The notes below the pieces were generated by a model. It had not been told where the DNA came from and searched no databases. It worked only from the letters and a program-made list of their open reading frames with translations. Both the position numbers and the translations under genes were made by a program. Shown here one piece after another: positions 11,351-21,700 of a DNA stretch of 64,000 nt. The stretch lies in contig JAOMDP010000012.1 of the NCBI GenBank assembly GCA_028345515.1, positions 462 through 64,461 on the forward strand. The letters are read 5' to 3'. Source of the stretch: Nitrospinota bacterium. GTDB lineage: Bacteria; Nitrospinota; Nitrospinia; Nitrospinales; VA-1. Position 1 is the first letter of the stretch; each line of letters opens with the position of its first letter.

Positions 11351-12901
11351 ATGGCAGACTCACTGCACGAACAGAAAATTCTAATTCTTGATTTTGGGTC
11401 GCAGTACACTCAGAATATCGCCCGCAAGATCCGTGAGTGCGAAGTTTATTGTGAAATCCATCCATGCACCATGACAATGGATAAGATTTCTGAATTCAAT
11501 GCGAAAGGCATTATTCTTTCTGGTGGACCTGCTAGTGTTCTTGAGTCAAACTCTCCATTATGTAGCTCAAAATTGTTTGAATTGGAAATTCCCGTATTAG
11601 GCATCTGTTATGGAATGCAGTTAATCTCGCACATCTTAGGTGGAAAGGTCGACCCTTCGGAACAGCGCGAATTTGGACGCGCAGAATTAAAACTTAAAGA
11701 ATTTTCTCATCTTTTTGAAGGCGTAAACAATAATTCAACGGTATGGATGAGTCATGGTGATCGAATCTCCAAGTTACCTAATAAATTTAAACCTATAGCT
11801 TTCACCGGAAATTCACCATTGGCAGCTATTGAGAATCCTATAAAAAAAATTTATGGCCTGCAATTTCACCCGGAAGTCGTTCATACCGATGAAGGTGAAC
11901 AAATCCTTAAAAACTTCCTTTTTAAAATCTGCGAATGTACTGCCAATTGGAAAATGGAATCCCTAGTAAATTTCATGGTCCAAGATATTCGTAAACAAGT
12001 TGGCAATGAAAAAGTAATCTGCGGACTCAGCGGAGGGGTAGATTCCTCAGTAGCCGCAGTCCTAATTCACAACGCCATTGGTGATAATCTCTATTGTCTT
12101 TTTATCGACAATGGGTTACTACGTACAGGTGAAAGGGATAAAGTAGAAAAAACATTTCGAGATAACTTTAAAATCAATTTGGATGTGATTGATGCCTCAG
12201 ATCAATTTTTAAACAAATTGGAAGGGGTGACCGATCCCGAGCAAAAACGAAAATCTATAGGCAACACTTTCATTGAGGTCTTTGAAAAAGAAGCAAAACG
12301 TCTTGGCAACTTTACCTTTCTTGCGCAGGGAACCTTATATCCAGATGTAATTGAATCTGTCTCCTTTAAAGGGCCTTCGGCTGTAATTAAATCACATCAT
12401 AATGTAGGCGGCCTGCCAGAAAAAATGAATTTGAAATTACTGGAACCATTTCGCGAATTATTTAAAGACGAAGTCCGAGAATTGGGCAAAGAAATGGGGA
12501 TAGCCGGTGAAATAATCAATCGCCAACCATTCCCTGGTCCGGGGTTGGCTATACGCATTCTTGGCAAGATTAACCGTGAACGACTAGCCATACTTTGTGC
12601 CGCAGATAAAATTATTCTTGAAGAAATAAAAGCCGCAGGACTTTACAACGATTTATGGCAATCATTTGCTGTGCTACTTCCCGTTAAAACTGTAGGAGTT
12701 ATGGGAGACTCACGCACTTACGAAAATGTTATAGCCATCCGGGCAGTCACTAGTACCGATGGTATGACAGCAGACTGGGCCCACTTACCTTACGAGCTAC
12801 TAAGCACCTTATCTAATCGCATCATCAATGAAGTCCACGGCGTAAACCGCGTAGTCTATGACATCAGCTCCAAACCCCCCGGCACAATCGAGTGGGAATA
12901 A
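11351..12901 (+). CDS. guaA: GMP synthase (glutamine-hydrolysing)
   Basis: DFGSQY, GICYGMQ, QFHPE, SGGVDS, C-terminal KPPGTIEWE. Confidence 0.98.
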   Translation: MADSLHEQKILILDFGSQYTQNIARKIRECEVYCEIHPCTMTMDKISEFNAKGIILSGGPASVLESNSPLCSSKLFELEIPVLGICYGMQLISHILGGKVDPSEQREFGRAELKLKEFSHLFEGVNNNSTVWMSHGDRISKLPNKFKPIAFTGNSPLAAIENPIKKIYGLQFHPEVVHTDEGEQILKNFLFKICECTANWKMESLVNFMVQDIRKQVGNEKVICGLSGGVDSSVAAVLIHNAIGDNLYCLFIDNGLLRTGERDKVEKTFRDNFKINLDVIDASDQFLNKLEGVTDPEQKRKSIGNTFIEVFEKEAKRLGNFTFLAQGTLYPDVIESVSFKGPSAVIKSHHNVGGLPEKMNLKLLEPFRELFKDEVRELGKEMGIAGEIINRQPFPGPGLAIRILGKINRERLAILCAADKIILEEIKAAGLYNDLWQSFAVLLPVKTVGVMGDSRTYENVIAIRAVTSTDGMTADWAHLPYELLSTLSNRIINEVHGVNRVVYDISSKPPGTIEWE

Positions 12902-13062
12902 AGAGTCATTAGTAACTCTTTGATTTCCAAGTCGAACTAATTTCCGAAAAACTTTTCCACAAAATATCTGGGATTGTTTTTGCCGAACTTTTCTCATAAC
13001 GTTACACAAAAAGTCAAGCAAAACTGTGACTACTGAAAACCATAGTAACGTAAGACGCTGAT

Positions 13063-13200
13063 TTGCCTTTAAAAAAACAAAAATACAACGAAGAAGAAAT
13101 CCCTATTTTCGATGAAGCCTCTATTTACAAAAGAGGTGCGTATTGGCACTTTAGGATGTGGCTGAACAGCAAAAACCTATCATTAAGGATAGTCCTGTGA
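13063..13200 (+). pseudogene. N-terminal fragment of a tyrosine recombinase/integrase
   Basis: TTG-started 45 aa MPLKKQKYNEEEIPIFDEASIYKRGAYWHFRMWL..., resembling the arm-binding N-terminus (YKRG.YW.FR) of island integrases; no catalytic domain. Confidence 0.65.
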
Positions 13201-13321
13201 TATGTTTACTTGCATTCGGAATGGCGCTCCGACTCCAACTAATCGGTAGTTAAGCACGACCAATCCATAGAACTAGAAAGACTGTAGCAGAGTTAGTTAA
13301 TTAAAGATTAGAAAATTGAGC

Positions 13322-13356
13322 GCCACGCTTTCTTTATGAATGCGTGGTTTTTTTTT
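13322..13356 (+). terminator. Intrinsic terminator
   Basis: CCACGC...GCGTGG stem followed by T9. Confidence 0.7.
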
Positions 13357-13503
13357 GGGAAAAGAAGGGTAAAGAGGCGTTGCTATTGAAACTTGTAGTA
13401 ACTCGTAAGCAAGAATATGGTAATTAAAAAACAGCACTTTGCTGAAGGCAGAAAACCAAAAGTTTAAAATTAAATTTTTCGGAAAGGTACATTGTGGAAT
13501 TAG

Positions 13504-14772
13504 ATGAGAAAAAAACACTGGGACACCAATGCGAAGAATAACCACACAAACTTAATACAAAAGATAGTATTTATCTTGATCTCATCTCTTTTAGGAGTGA
13601 TTATTTGTGAACTTATTATTGCGTATCCAGTATATTATTTTTTTAACGATCATGAGAAAAAAATTGTCCCAATAAAATCATCTTTTTACAATCGGGTAAT
13701 ACCGGAGGATCTCTGGTTATTTAAAGAAGACCCTATCGTTGGGTATGTCCTAAATAAAAATTTAAATATAAAAAAACCTCAACCCCCGGGTCTTAAAAAT
13801 GCTCCAAGGCGTAAAATGTTTTTCGATCTTCAAACTAATAAATATGGTTTCAGATACCGTGATGATTTAACTAAAGACAAACCTGTTGGAGAAATTAGAA
13901 TATTTTCTCTGGGTGGTAGCACAACCATGGGAGCGGAGTCTTCTAATGAAATGACCTATCCCCAACAATTGGAGAGTATGATAGGAGACCCAAACGTTCG
14001 AATAATAAATACTGGTGTAGATGGTTACCGAAGTATTCATTTGTTACATTATTACAAAGAGGTCATACGGGAATTGTCTCCTGATATAATTACTATCTAC
14101 TCAGGGTGGAATGACTACGAAGATTCTATGATGCCTTACTGGAAACCCCGTGACCCACACGTGCATGCCCTCTTATCTCAAATTAAAGTCTATCAACATC
14201 CGATTAGCAAATTCGCCTTAGGGTTTCTAACAATGAAAACTTATTATAGATTGAGAAACTTTGACCGTGTTGAGATTCAAACAAGTGATTCTGAAATACG
14301 AATGAAAAGTATAGAAGGTGCCAAGGATCATAAATGGTGGGAAGAATATAAAACTAATATTCAGGATCTAATTTCTCTGGCGAAAAGCGATGGAGTCACT
14401 CCCGTACTAATTATTTTTCCGTCACCCGAATTTGAAAACGCTCCATTGGAGGCAAAAGAATTTTCGGAAACAGATTTGAATATGGCGGAACGGTGGGATG
14501 GATTTGTGGTCTTTTTAGGACATATCAGATCGATCTTAAAGGAACTAGCGAAGAAAAATAATGTTCCCATTATCAATGTAAATCAAAGATTTGAAAAAGA
14601 AAACCCTGATTTTATAAAAAAGTTTTCTTATTTTGTAGATAGGATGCATTTAACACCAGAGGGGAATACGTTAATAGCAGAAACTATGGTGGCTCCAATT
14701 AAGAATATTTTGAAAATCCGAAACCAACAAAATTCATTCGCAAATGGGAATAAGGTCGTAGAGTTAGAATAA
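13504..14772 (+). CDS. Membrane-anchored SGNH/GDSL hydrolase-family protein (island cargo)
   Basis: TM helix; TNKYGFR, GGSTT, YSGWND, DRMHLT..GN. Confidence 0.88.
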   Translation: MRKKHWDTNAKNNHTNLIQKIVFILISSLLGVIICELIIAYPVYYFFNDHEKKIVPIKSSFYNRVIPEDLWLFKEDPIVGYVLNKNLNIKKPQPPGLKNAPRRKMFFDLQTNKYGFRYRDDLTKDKPVGEIRIFSLGGSTTMGAESSNEMTYPQQLESMIGDPNVRIINTGVDGYRSIHLLHYYKEVIRELSPDIITIYSGWNDYEDSMMPYWKPRDPHVHALLSQIKVYQHPISKFALGFLTMKTYYRLRNFDRVEIQTSDSEIRMKSIEGAKDHKWWEEYKTNIQDLISLAKSDGVTPVLIIFPSPEFENAPLEAKEFSETDLNMAERWDGFVVFLGHIRSILKELAKKNNVPIINVNQRFEKENPDFIKKFSYFVDRMHLTPEGNTLIAETMVAPIKNILKIRNQQNSFANGNKVVELE

Positions 14773-14935
14773 GGCAATAGAACTTGAACAAGGCAAGAAC
14801 GCTATTGAGTTATCGTCAAAAGCTGAGTTAGAACCAACGCTTCAAAGTATTAAAAAGGCTGTAGATAACGGAGAGTTTGATTCTCTTTTGGAGCAGCAGC
14901 TAGCGTATGGCAGTCACTTAAAAAAATATTTATAA
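14771..14935 (+). pseudogene. C-terminal remnant of a DUF6641-like island protein
   Basis: Start-less frame KAIELEQGKNAIELSSKAELEPTLQSIKKAVDNGEFDSLLEQQLAYGSHLKKYL*; family recognised from memory. Confidence 0.55.
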
Positions 14936-15008
14936 CTTAATTAAGTTTTATTTGGAATATTTTCTAGCCTATGTAACGTTGGCCATCATTCGAACTAACG
15001 GTTGCTCT

Positions 15009-15104
15009 AGAAACTTACACAAAAGTTACACATAACTATTATTGGCCACTTAACCCATTACTTTTAAATAGTTAAAAATCCACGTTACTATTGAATGGGA
15101 GTAG
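15009..15104 (+). repeat. att-like direct repeat, copy 1
   Basis: agaaacttacacaaaagttacacataactatta...acgttactattgaatgggagtag, closely matching 15841-15936; its end encodes TIEWE* like guaA. Confidence 0.85.
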
Positions 15105-15144
15105 TTTTTCGCTATAGATCTATCCCAAAATATATAATCTATCT

Positions 15145-15186
15145 AAAAAGAAAAAGCCCCAACAAGTAATTACTCATTAGGGCTTT
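15145..15186 (-). terminator. Intrinsic terminator of the 85-aa ORF
   Basis: Minus strand aaagccctaatgagt-aatt-acttgttggggcttt (15-bp stem with GU pairs) followed by Ts. Confidence 0.75.
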
Positions 15187-15214
15187 CAATTCTTGGTTGC
15201 CATCAAGAACGTAT

Positions 15215-15472
15215 TTAATTAATTACATTCTCTTTCATAGGCGGCCTGAAGAATTGGCTCATATACATTTTCCCGATAATGCGCTCCCATATAATCCTGA
15301 CAACCCCTCTCTTGATGACCCGGACGAGCTCCATGAAGGATTTTTTCCCACTCGTTACAAACCTGAATTGATGATCATCTCTATAAGGTTCTCCGAGAGA
15401 GGTATCGTCTAAAGTTTTTCCAACGTCATTGCGAATAATACCGATAGCTTCACTTAAAATATCTTTTGCCAC
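15215..15472 (-). CDS. Small hypothetical protein between the att repeats
   Basis: 85-aa GTG ORF with GGAG RBS upstream and its own terminator downstream. Confidence 0.65.
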   Translation of the reverse strand: MAKDILSEAIGIIRNDVGKTLDDTSLGEPYRDDHQFRFVTSGKKSFMELVRVIKRGVVRIIWERIIGKMYMSQFFRPPMKENVIN

Positions 15473-15840
15473 GCATTATCTCCATTACTTTTCTTAAAGC
15501 CTAACATAACTCGAGTGAGCACAAATTATCAAATAAAGATGAAAACAAACTTTAAAGACTTACTAAATCAGCACAACTAGAAAAGTCGCAAAAGTTGGCA
15601 AAAAAATTGGTAGGGAGTCAAAGCAAACGAGAAAGTTTTTTATTGGCTGTTGGAAGAACAGTTAACTATGGCAGTCACTTAACCAAACAGTAGTCAAAAC
15701 ATATTCGTACGCTTTTTCGATGCTTAAATTTCTGATATATTAACCACATAAAAAGTGTCGCACAATGTGTAACCACAAAACACTTAGACTATTGAAATCG
15801 AATAGTAACGTTGATCAAAATTCCAACAAAGATTCGCTTC

Positions 15841-15936
15841 AGAAACTTACACAAAAGTTACACATAACTATTACTGGTCACTTAACTCCTTGCTTTTAAA
15901 GAGTTATAATTCTACGTTACTACTGAATGGGAATAA
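15841..15936 (+). repeat. att-like direct repeat, copy 2
   Basis: Near copy of 15009-15104; ends actactgaatgggaataa (TTEWE*). Confidence 0.85.
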
Positions 15937-15999
15937 AATGGGGGTAAACCCAAACAACCCCGCAAACAAAAAAACTCAAAAAAAATTTATGGAGTACCT

Positions 16000-17994
16000 A
16001 TGTACATCTTAATTGCCCTCTTGCTCTTTGGAACTATCCTTAGAATTCATCAATTGGATCGAGCTTTAGGAGGCGGAGATGAGAACCAGGTATTACTAGA
16101 GTGGGTATATGCGCCAATGAATCACATCCTCACTCCTTCTGGAGATCCAAGTCATTGGAATTGGTCATCAGGATTTGGCTTTGATCAGATTTTTATTAAT
16201 ATTATTTTGCGCATGATGGTTTTGTTATTTGGTGAAGAAAATGCACTAGCTATTAGGTTCCCTGCTTTTATTGCTGGTATTGCCTGTATTTGGATGGTTT
16301 ATAAGATAGCTAGACAAATTTATCCAACCATGGCGGTGGCCCGATTCGCCTTAGCAATAATAGCGGTATGCCCAATTCATATTTATTATTCTCAAACTGC
16401 TCGCGGGTACAGTTTTGTTATGTTTTTTTCTACCCTTTCAATCTATGCAGCTTTAAATTTGTTGAAATCAAATAGAAGTTTCATATGGGGCTTTCTTCTA
16501 TTTTTGAGTGGTATTTTGTCAGTATATACCATACCGCTAGTTGCAGTGTTTATTATAAGTCTTGCTGTTTGGGTTTTACTTGTTCTGACAATACCCGCAT
16601 TAAAAGCAGAATTTGGTCTTCATCAGGAATCAGTAAGTAGAAAATTCTATCAATTTCTTGCAATTTTTCTATTGATGGGAACCTGTTCCGTTCTTTTGTA
16701 TTGGCCTCATATAGATGGAGTCCTGCAAATGCTAAATGAATATGATGATAGCAAAGTTGTATCGTCAAATTCAGTCAAGGGCATTTATACATCATTTGTA
16801 GATAAGTTAATTTACTTCATTCCCAATTTGCTTGCCGAGATATTTCCAGGGCTGCTGCTTTACTTCACCCCATTTATTCTTATTGGAGTATTTTGGGGTC
16901 AAACAAATCGTCTTGCTTACCGGTTACTACCAATAGTAATACTTCTCACCACTTACCTTTTTACACTAATAACAGGATTGGCATATTATCCGAGAGGTTA
17001 CTTGTTTAATCTTCCCTTGCTTTTGATTTTTCTTGCGGGTGGGATTGTATGGACCGGAGAATACTTAGGAAACTTAATCAATAAAAAATTTTCCATCAAT
17101 TGGGTTAGCTATTCCTTAATAGGTGTATACGTCACTCTAGCACTGACCGAATTATTTTCAAATTATTACCCTTCAATCAAAACCTTTGATGTGAAGGCTT
17201 ACACGCAAAAACTTAGCGGTCAAATAAAAAAGAACGACTTGCTTCTTGTTGCTGATAGCAGATTTTATCTCTACGCCAGAAGTATTTATAAAAAAAACCT
17301 GCGAAATATTATCACTAACAATCAGCTTGGCGGAATAAAATTGCTTGTTGATAATAACTTTACTGCGGCCGATTATAATATACAGGGTCCTAGAGGAGCA
17401 CCAATTTTTTTGGGTTGGAAGGACAGACTCAAGAAAAAGATTGTTTTTGATGACAGAAGTTTATTCCATTTAGAAAATATTGATTCGATTCCCGTGTTGC
17501 CAGAAGATTTTGAAGCTACTGCTGACTGGCAGATCCAATCAGGTGATGGCGAATTTGCTATTCAGGAGGAACATAAATTTTCAGGAAAATACTCTTTGCT
17601 TGCCAAAGCTTCACCCGGAAAAGATATGGTCCTCCGAGCTTCGTTTGGTAATATCAAACTAAGTCAACCACACCAAGCTGTATTAGTTTGGTCAACAAGA
17701 AAGTTTGCTGTTTCTGATAAGTATTTTATGCCATTATTGACTGCTAATATTATAAACCAAGGAAAGAAGTATTTTGCTCAAATCCCATTGGGGAAGACTA
17801 ATGCGGGTATAAACGTTTTTATCAAAGAAAATACCCCAACCAAGGAAAAATATTATTGGCAGATTCATTCAGGCATAGGGTGGTTTCCCCCTGGTGATTT
17901 TTCTCTTAATATATTCTTGAACTGTGAAGCGGGAAAGTCAATTATGTATGACAGTATGCGTCTTTTTCTTGTCAGAAAAAGCCTTCTCTCGTAA
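16000..17994 (+). CDS. GT-C fold (ArnT/PMT-like, family 39) membrane glycosyltransferase with C-terminal soluble, possibly carbohydrate-binding, domain
   Basis: Many TM helices, DE motif in first loop (GGDENQ), RFPA, YYSQTARGYS. Confidence 0.82.
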   Translation: MYILIALLLFGTILRIHQLDRALGGGDENQVLLEWVYAPMNHILTPSGDPSHWNWSSGFGFDQIFINIILRMMVLLFGEENALAIRFPAFIAGIACIWMVYKIARQIYPTMAVARFALAIIAVCPIHIYYSQTARGYSFVMFFSTLSIYAALNLLKSNRSFIWGFLLFLSGILSVYTIPLVAVFIISLAVWVLLVLTIPALKAEFGLHQESVSRKFYQFLAIFLLMGTCSVLLYWPHIDGVLQMLNEYDDSKVVSSNSVKGIYTSFVDKLIYFIPNLLAEIFPGLLLYFTPFILIGVFWGQTNRLAYRLLPIVILLTTYLFTLITGLAYYPRGYLFNLPLLLIFLAGGIVWTGEYLGNLINKKFSINWVSYSLIGVYVTLALTELFSNYYPSIKTFDVKAYTQKLSGQIKKNDLLLVADSRFYLYARSIYKKNLRNIITNNQLGGIKLLVDNNFTAADYNIQGPRGAPIFLGWKDRLKKKIVFDDRSLFHLENIDSIPVLPEDFEATADWQIQSGDGEFAIQEEHKFSGKYSLLAKASPGKDMVLRASFGNIKLSQPHQAVLVWSTRKFAVSDKYFMPLLTANIINQGKKYFAQIPLGKTNAGINVFIKENTPTKEKYYWQIHSGIGWFPPGDFSLNIFLNCEAGKSIMYDSMRLFLVRKSLLS

Positions 17995-18080
17995 AGGTAA
18001 AAATCTAGTCTCCTTTGGGCCGGCGTTTACACAAGCAATATTCGCGTTTCCTACCTGTTGCAAAAATAATTTTAACAACC

Positions 18081-18134
18081 GGATTGCTGGCCTCTCACGC
18101 CGGAAACAGGGGTTCGATTGCCCTTGAAACGCTA
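18081..18134 (+). pseudogene. 3' fragment of tRNA-Glu(CTC)
   Basis: Anticodon arm ctggc-ctctcac-gccgg and T-arm agggg-ttcgatt-gccct (one mismatch); no D-arm or acceptor stem. Confidence 0.7.
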
Positions 18135-18180
18135 TGACTCTATTTAATTGAGGTTTGTCATATAGGAAGGGAGTATTATT

Positions 18181-18510
18181 TCATAATACACCAAAATATT
18201 GAGGTCGAAGCACATTTGCATCTGACACAAAAAGATTTCCCTGATGACGTTCCAGAAAGGGTTTGATTCCAGAGAGGATAGGATCCATTTTTTCTTCGGG
18301 AACAATAGTTAAGATCATTTGTAAACTGCTGGTATCATTAAACAATAAATGCCCTTCATGGTATCCGTGATGGCCTCTTCCTGAAAGATTATTGAATACG
18401 GTATAGCCACTCGCTTTGATGCGATCAAGAACATCCGTCACAAAATGCAAATGTTCACCCTCGATAATAATTTTTATTTCTTTCATGGGGTGAAGTTTTA
18501 TGTCACTCAT
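18181..18510 (-). CDS. P-II-like (SbtB/DUF190-type) signal protein
   Basis: KEIKIIIEGEH, SGYTVFNNLSGRGHHG, G.LFVSD.. P-II pattern; lies downstream of dabA. Confidence 0.82.
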   Translation of the reverse strand: MSDIKLHPMKEIKIIIEGEHLHFVTDVLDRIKASGYTVFNNLSGRGHHGYHEGHLLFNDTSSLQMILTIVPEEKMDPILSGIKPFLERHQGNLFVSDANVLRPQYFGVL

Positions 18511-18797
18511 GTTGTCTCCTTGCCATTAATTACAAAATAGTTTTACTCACTCCATATTAATGCAAATTTAAAATAATGTTTGTTAAGTGAGTGTCAACAA
18601 TATGTTAAGAAAAGGTCAAGAAATATACATAAAACATTTTACTTCTGGCTATTATATGGAATTTTCTAAAGTTTATTTTAAGTAATACTTCAAGGCTTAT
18701 ACTTTTTCTGCCATTGAAAGAGTAAAGTTTTTCTTGATGCCAGGTTTTTAAGGAAGCATAGACGCATTACATTAAAGGGCAGGATAAAACATGCAAA

Positions 18798-21700
18798 TTA
18801 ATTAATCGATTTCCACTCTCTCTGTGATTTAAAGAAGAAAAATTTCATGGTGCCGGGTTCTATGGCGACTAGATTGACCCAGCGATTTTCAGTCAAGCGT
18901 TGTAAAATTTCGTGTCGACCTACGAGCATCTCAATTCTTTCTAACGGCGCTTCAATCACACAAAATAACCGCATGGGCTCATGATAAGGTCTTTCGCCAT
19001 TGAAAACGGTTTGAAGAGGAAGCCCACAACATAGATCACTTTCTGAACCATACATGACTCCTATATTACCGGTAACATTATGATACACCTTGCTGCCGGC
19101 CCCATATACCATTGGGTCAACAGTAGAAAAATAATGTTCCATGTTAATCCAATTGGTAACAATCATAGGAGCGGTCATGATGATTTCCAAATATTTTCCA
19201 TCCGGATCCTGGGCGGGATCATAAGAATGTAAAAAGGTCCGACCCTCAAAATTTATTTCCTGAGTCAGCGATCGCCGTCCCATCACAAAAGCGGTGTGAT
19301 TGGATAATCCCCATTCAGGTCGAACCTGGGACCAGTCCATGCTGCGCACCTTCGCCACAGGTGTTGCCTCCGTAATACCTTCCTTACCGGTAACATCAGG
19401 AAGGCGAAGGAGTCGTTCCAGATTGGTTTTTTCGCGGGCTTCCTTAAGCGCCTGTTGAAGTTCGATCAAATCTTGTTGATGTGTGGCTGGAACATCTTCC
19501 AAATCAAAAAGTTTCACCTCATCTGTTACTGTATCTTGTTGCCCTGGAATAAAATGAGTGTCATGCGGGATTGCGATCCCTTTTTTTGCAAGTGTTTCCC
19601 TAATCTTTGGATTGTTTGCCATGGCCGCAAGGGCTCGGGCGTTAGAAATTCCATGATTTCCACCGCAGGCCCCACAGTCTAAGGCCGATTCATAAGGGTT
19701 GTTATCGGAAGTGCTGAAATGCCCGCATAATAAAACGAGCCGGGCATACGTTTTTGTGAATCCTAAAATCCTCAGAGCCGTTTCTACATAGTTTAATTGT
19801 TCCGACTCGGTTAATCCCAGCTCCGTGAGAGCTTGCATCTGATTATCCACATCTGCCTCATGCAGATTAAATTCACTTCTTAGTAAATTAATAAACTGAT
19901 CAAGATCAGAATCCTTCCACTTAAGCAAACGCAAAAGCTCATCGCTTTCTGAGCTGCTAGATTGAAACTGATTCAACGCTATTTTTCGAAGGCGTTCCAC
20001 CTGGTCATCAAGAACAGATGAATTATCCTTGTTATATTTTTCAGCCAATAATTTATAAATAGTGCCCCGCTGTTTCAATGCAACCATATCATAGGCTTCG
20101 TCTGGCGAGATTTTGTCGACAGTAAGCTTAGTTCCCAAAGAAGTATCCAAACCACCCGTAATCCAAGACATGGCCTTTTTGAACCATTTAGGTTTTAAGG
20201 TTTTGCCAAATAGTTTAAATCCAAAAAACCAACCAATAGCTTCGACCATAACGTAGGGTGTGACCACGTTTTCTTTCAAGTCATGCAGCAATGTATGACC
20301 GGCCTTGGTTATTTCCTTTCCTTCTAAAAATTTCTTTGCCGCTTTATCTTGGTCGTCACGAGGAATTTCTTTTACAACATGCTTGGGTTTTAACAAGACG
20401 GGACATTGGTCTGTTTTTAGCTCATGAGAAAACCCCTGATAACATAAGGGAACTCCAAAAAAACCTGCGAAACCAAATGTTTCAATCTCTCCAATTTCCT
20501 CGAAGTTTCTTCTAAAGCATTCCGAACGGACGTCAATACAAAAAAGAGCCTGAAAAAGTGGGCGGGATCCCAAAGGCTTTTTTTCAGCTTCTTCAATCTT
20601 ATCGCTATTAATTAAATTCTCCAGGTTAGGTGAGATTTTTTTTATAAAACTCTTAAGATAGCTTGATTCAAAGGCCTCTAGCCAAATTAGCCCATGCTGC
20701 GATTCCGGGAATTCTTCCACCCAGTCCAATAGAGAGTTTAAAACATCAGGGGAGCTGTCCCCCGCGTCTTTTATCGAGATATTTAATGATTGAGCGAGAT
20801 GAATTATTTTTAAAGTTTGGTTTTCTGTTTCTTGTCTTTTCCTGATTTGTTCCAATTTGGAAACCAGGCTGGCGTCACATTCCTCAAGATCGCCTAAACT
20901 CAAAGGACTCTTAGTAAATGGGGATATATTGAGATTATCAACCGCGTCATCTGATAGCATCCCCGACCGGAACTCTTTGTAGAGCCCGTAACCGGTGGGA
21001 TGATTATTTAAACATTCGATTATAGAATCATAAGTGCCAGAAATTCCTAATTGCTTTTGGCAAGCCTGCGTCACCATTTCCCGTTCATAAAAAAGCCGTA
21101 TAGCCATATATTGGATGAGGTCAGCAGGAAAAGCATTTTGCCAATCATAATTCGTTTGTTCTGCACGCCATTTTATGAATCCCGTCCAACCAGCCAACTG
21201 GGCCAACTGCAAGGAAAAGTAACTTTCCCATAAATTTTTGGGAATGCCCAAAAAGGACAAACTTTCAAGTACCGCATCTTCAGGTTGATCCGGCATACTA
21301 AGAATTTTGCTTTGCCAGTCTTGGATTCCAAGTATGATGCCCGAATCATCCTCCAGAGATAATTCTTTCCAAACCGTGTACAGATTTTTTTCTCTCCCAG
21401 GCATACCCCAAGGAGCATGTCCTTCATCAAGAAAACCTCCTATGTATTTTATGATTTGTCTATTAATTTGGTCTTGTAAATCCGCCTGAAAGGTTTGATC
21501 AAACCATTCTGCAATAGTGTATTCAGTTGCCAGATCTTTTTCGTCTCTCTTCGCATGATCCCTTAAAAATTCTTTTCGTTCTTTATTTTTTGATAGGGTC
21601 TGAATTTTCTCAAAGATATTTTTTATTTCTGATTGGGAATGAGAGTTCCGTAGAACCGTCGAACAAACATCTAGGGCAACCTGTCCCGTACCGTGAATTA

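Larger units (their letters stand above)
12884..15936. mobile_element. Decayed tandem genomic-island remnants integrated at the guaA 3' end
   Basis: guaA terminus acaatcgagtgggaataa (12884-12901) recurs degenerate at 15087-15104 and 15919-15936; integrase stub immediately after guaA. Confidence 0.75.

Noticed and set aside
13297-13545. 82-aa minus-strand ORF in the island
   Set aside because: Crosses a terminator and the SGNH start, with composition typical of a spurious AT-rich frame
15009-15936. CRISPR array or integron attC cassettes
   Set aside because: Only two ~96-bp copies about 830 bp apart, ending in the guaA terminus; no regular spacers, cas genes or attC structure
18081-18134. 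Functional tRNA gene
   Set aside because: No D-arm or pairing acceptor stem, and a T-stem mismatch
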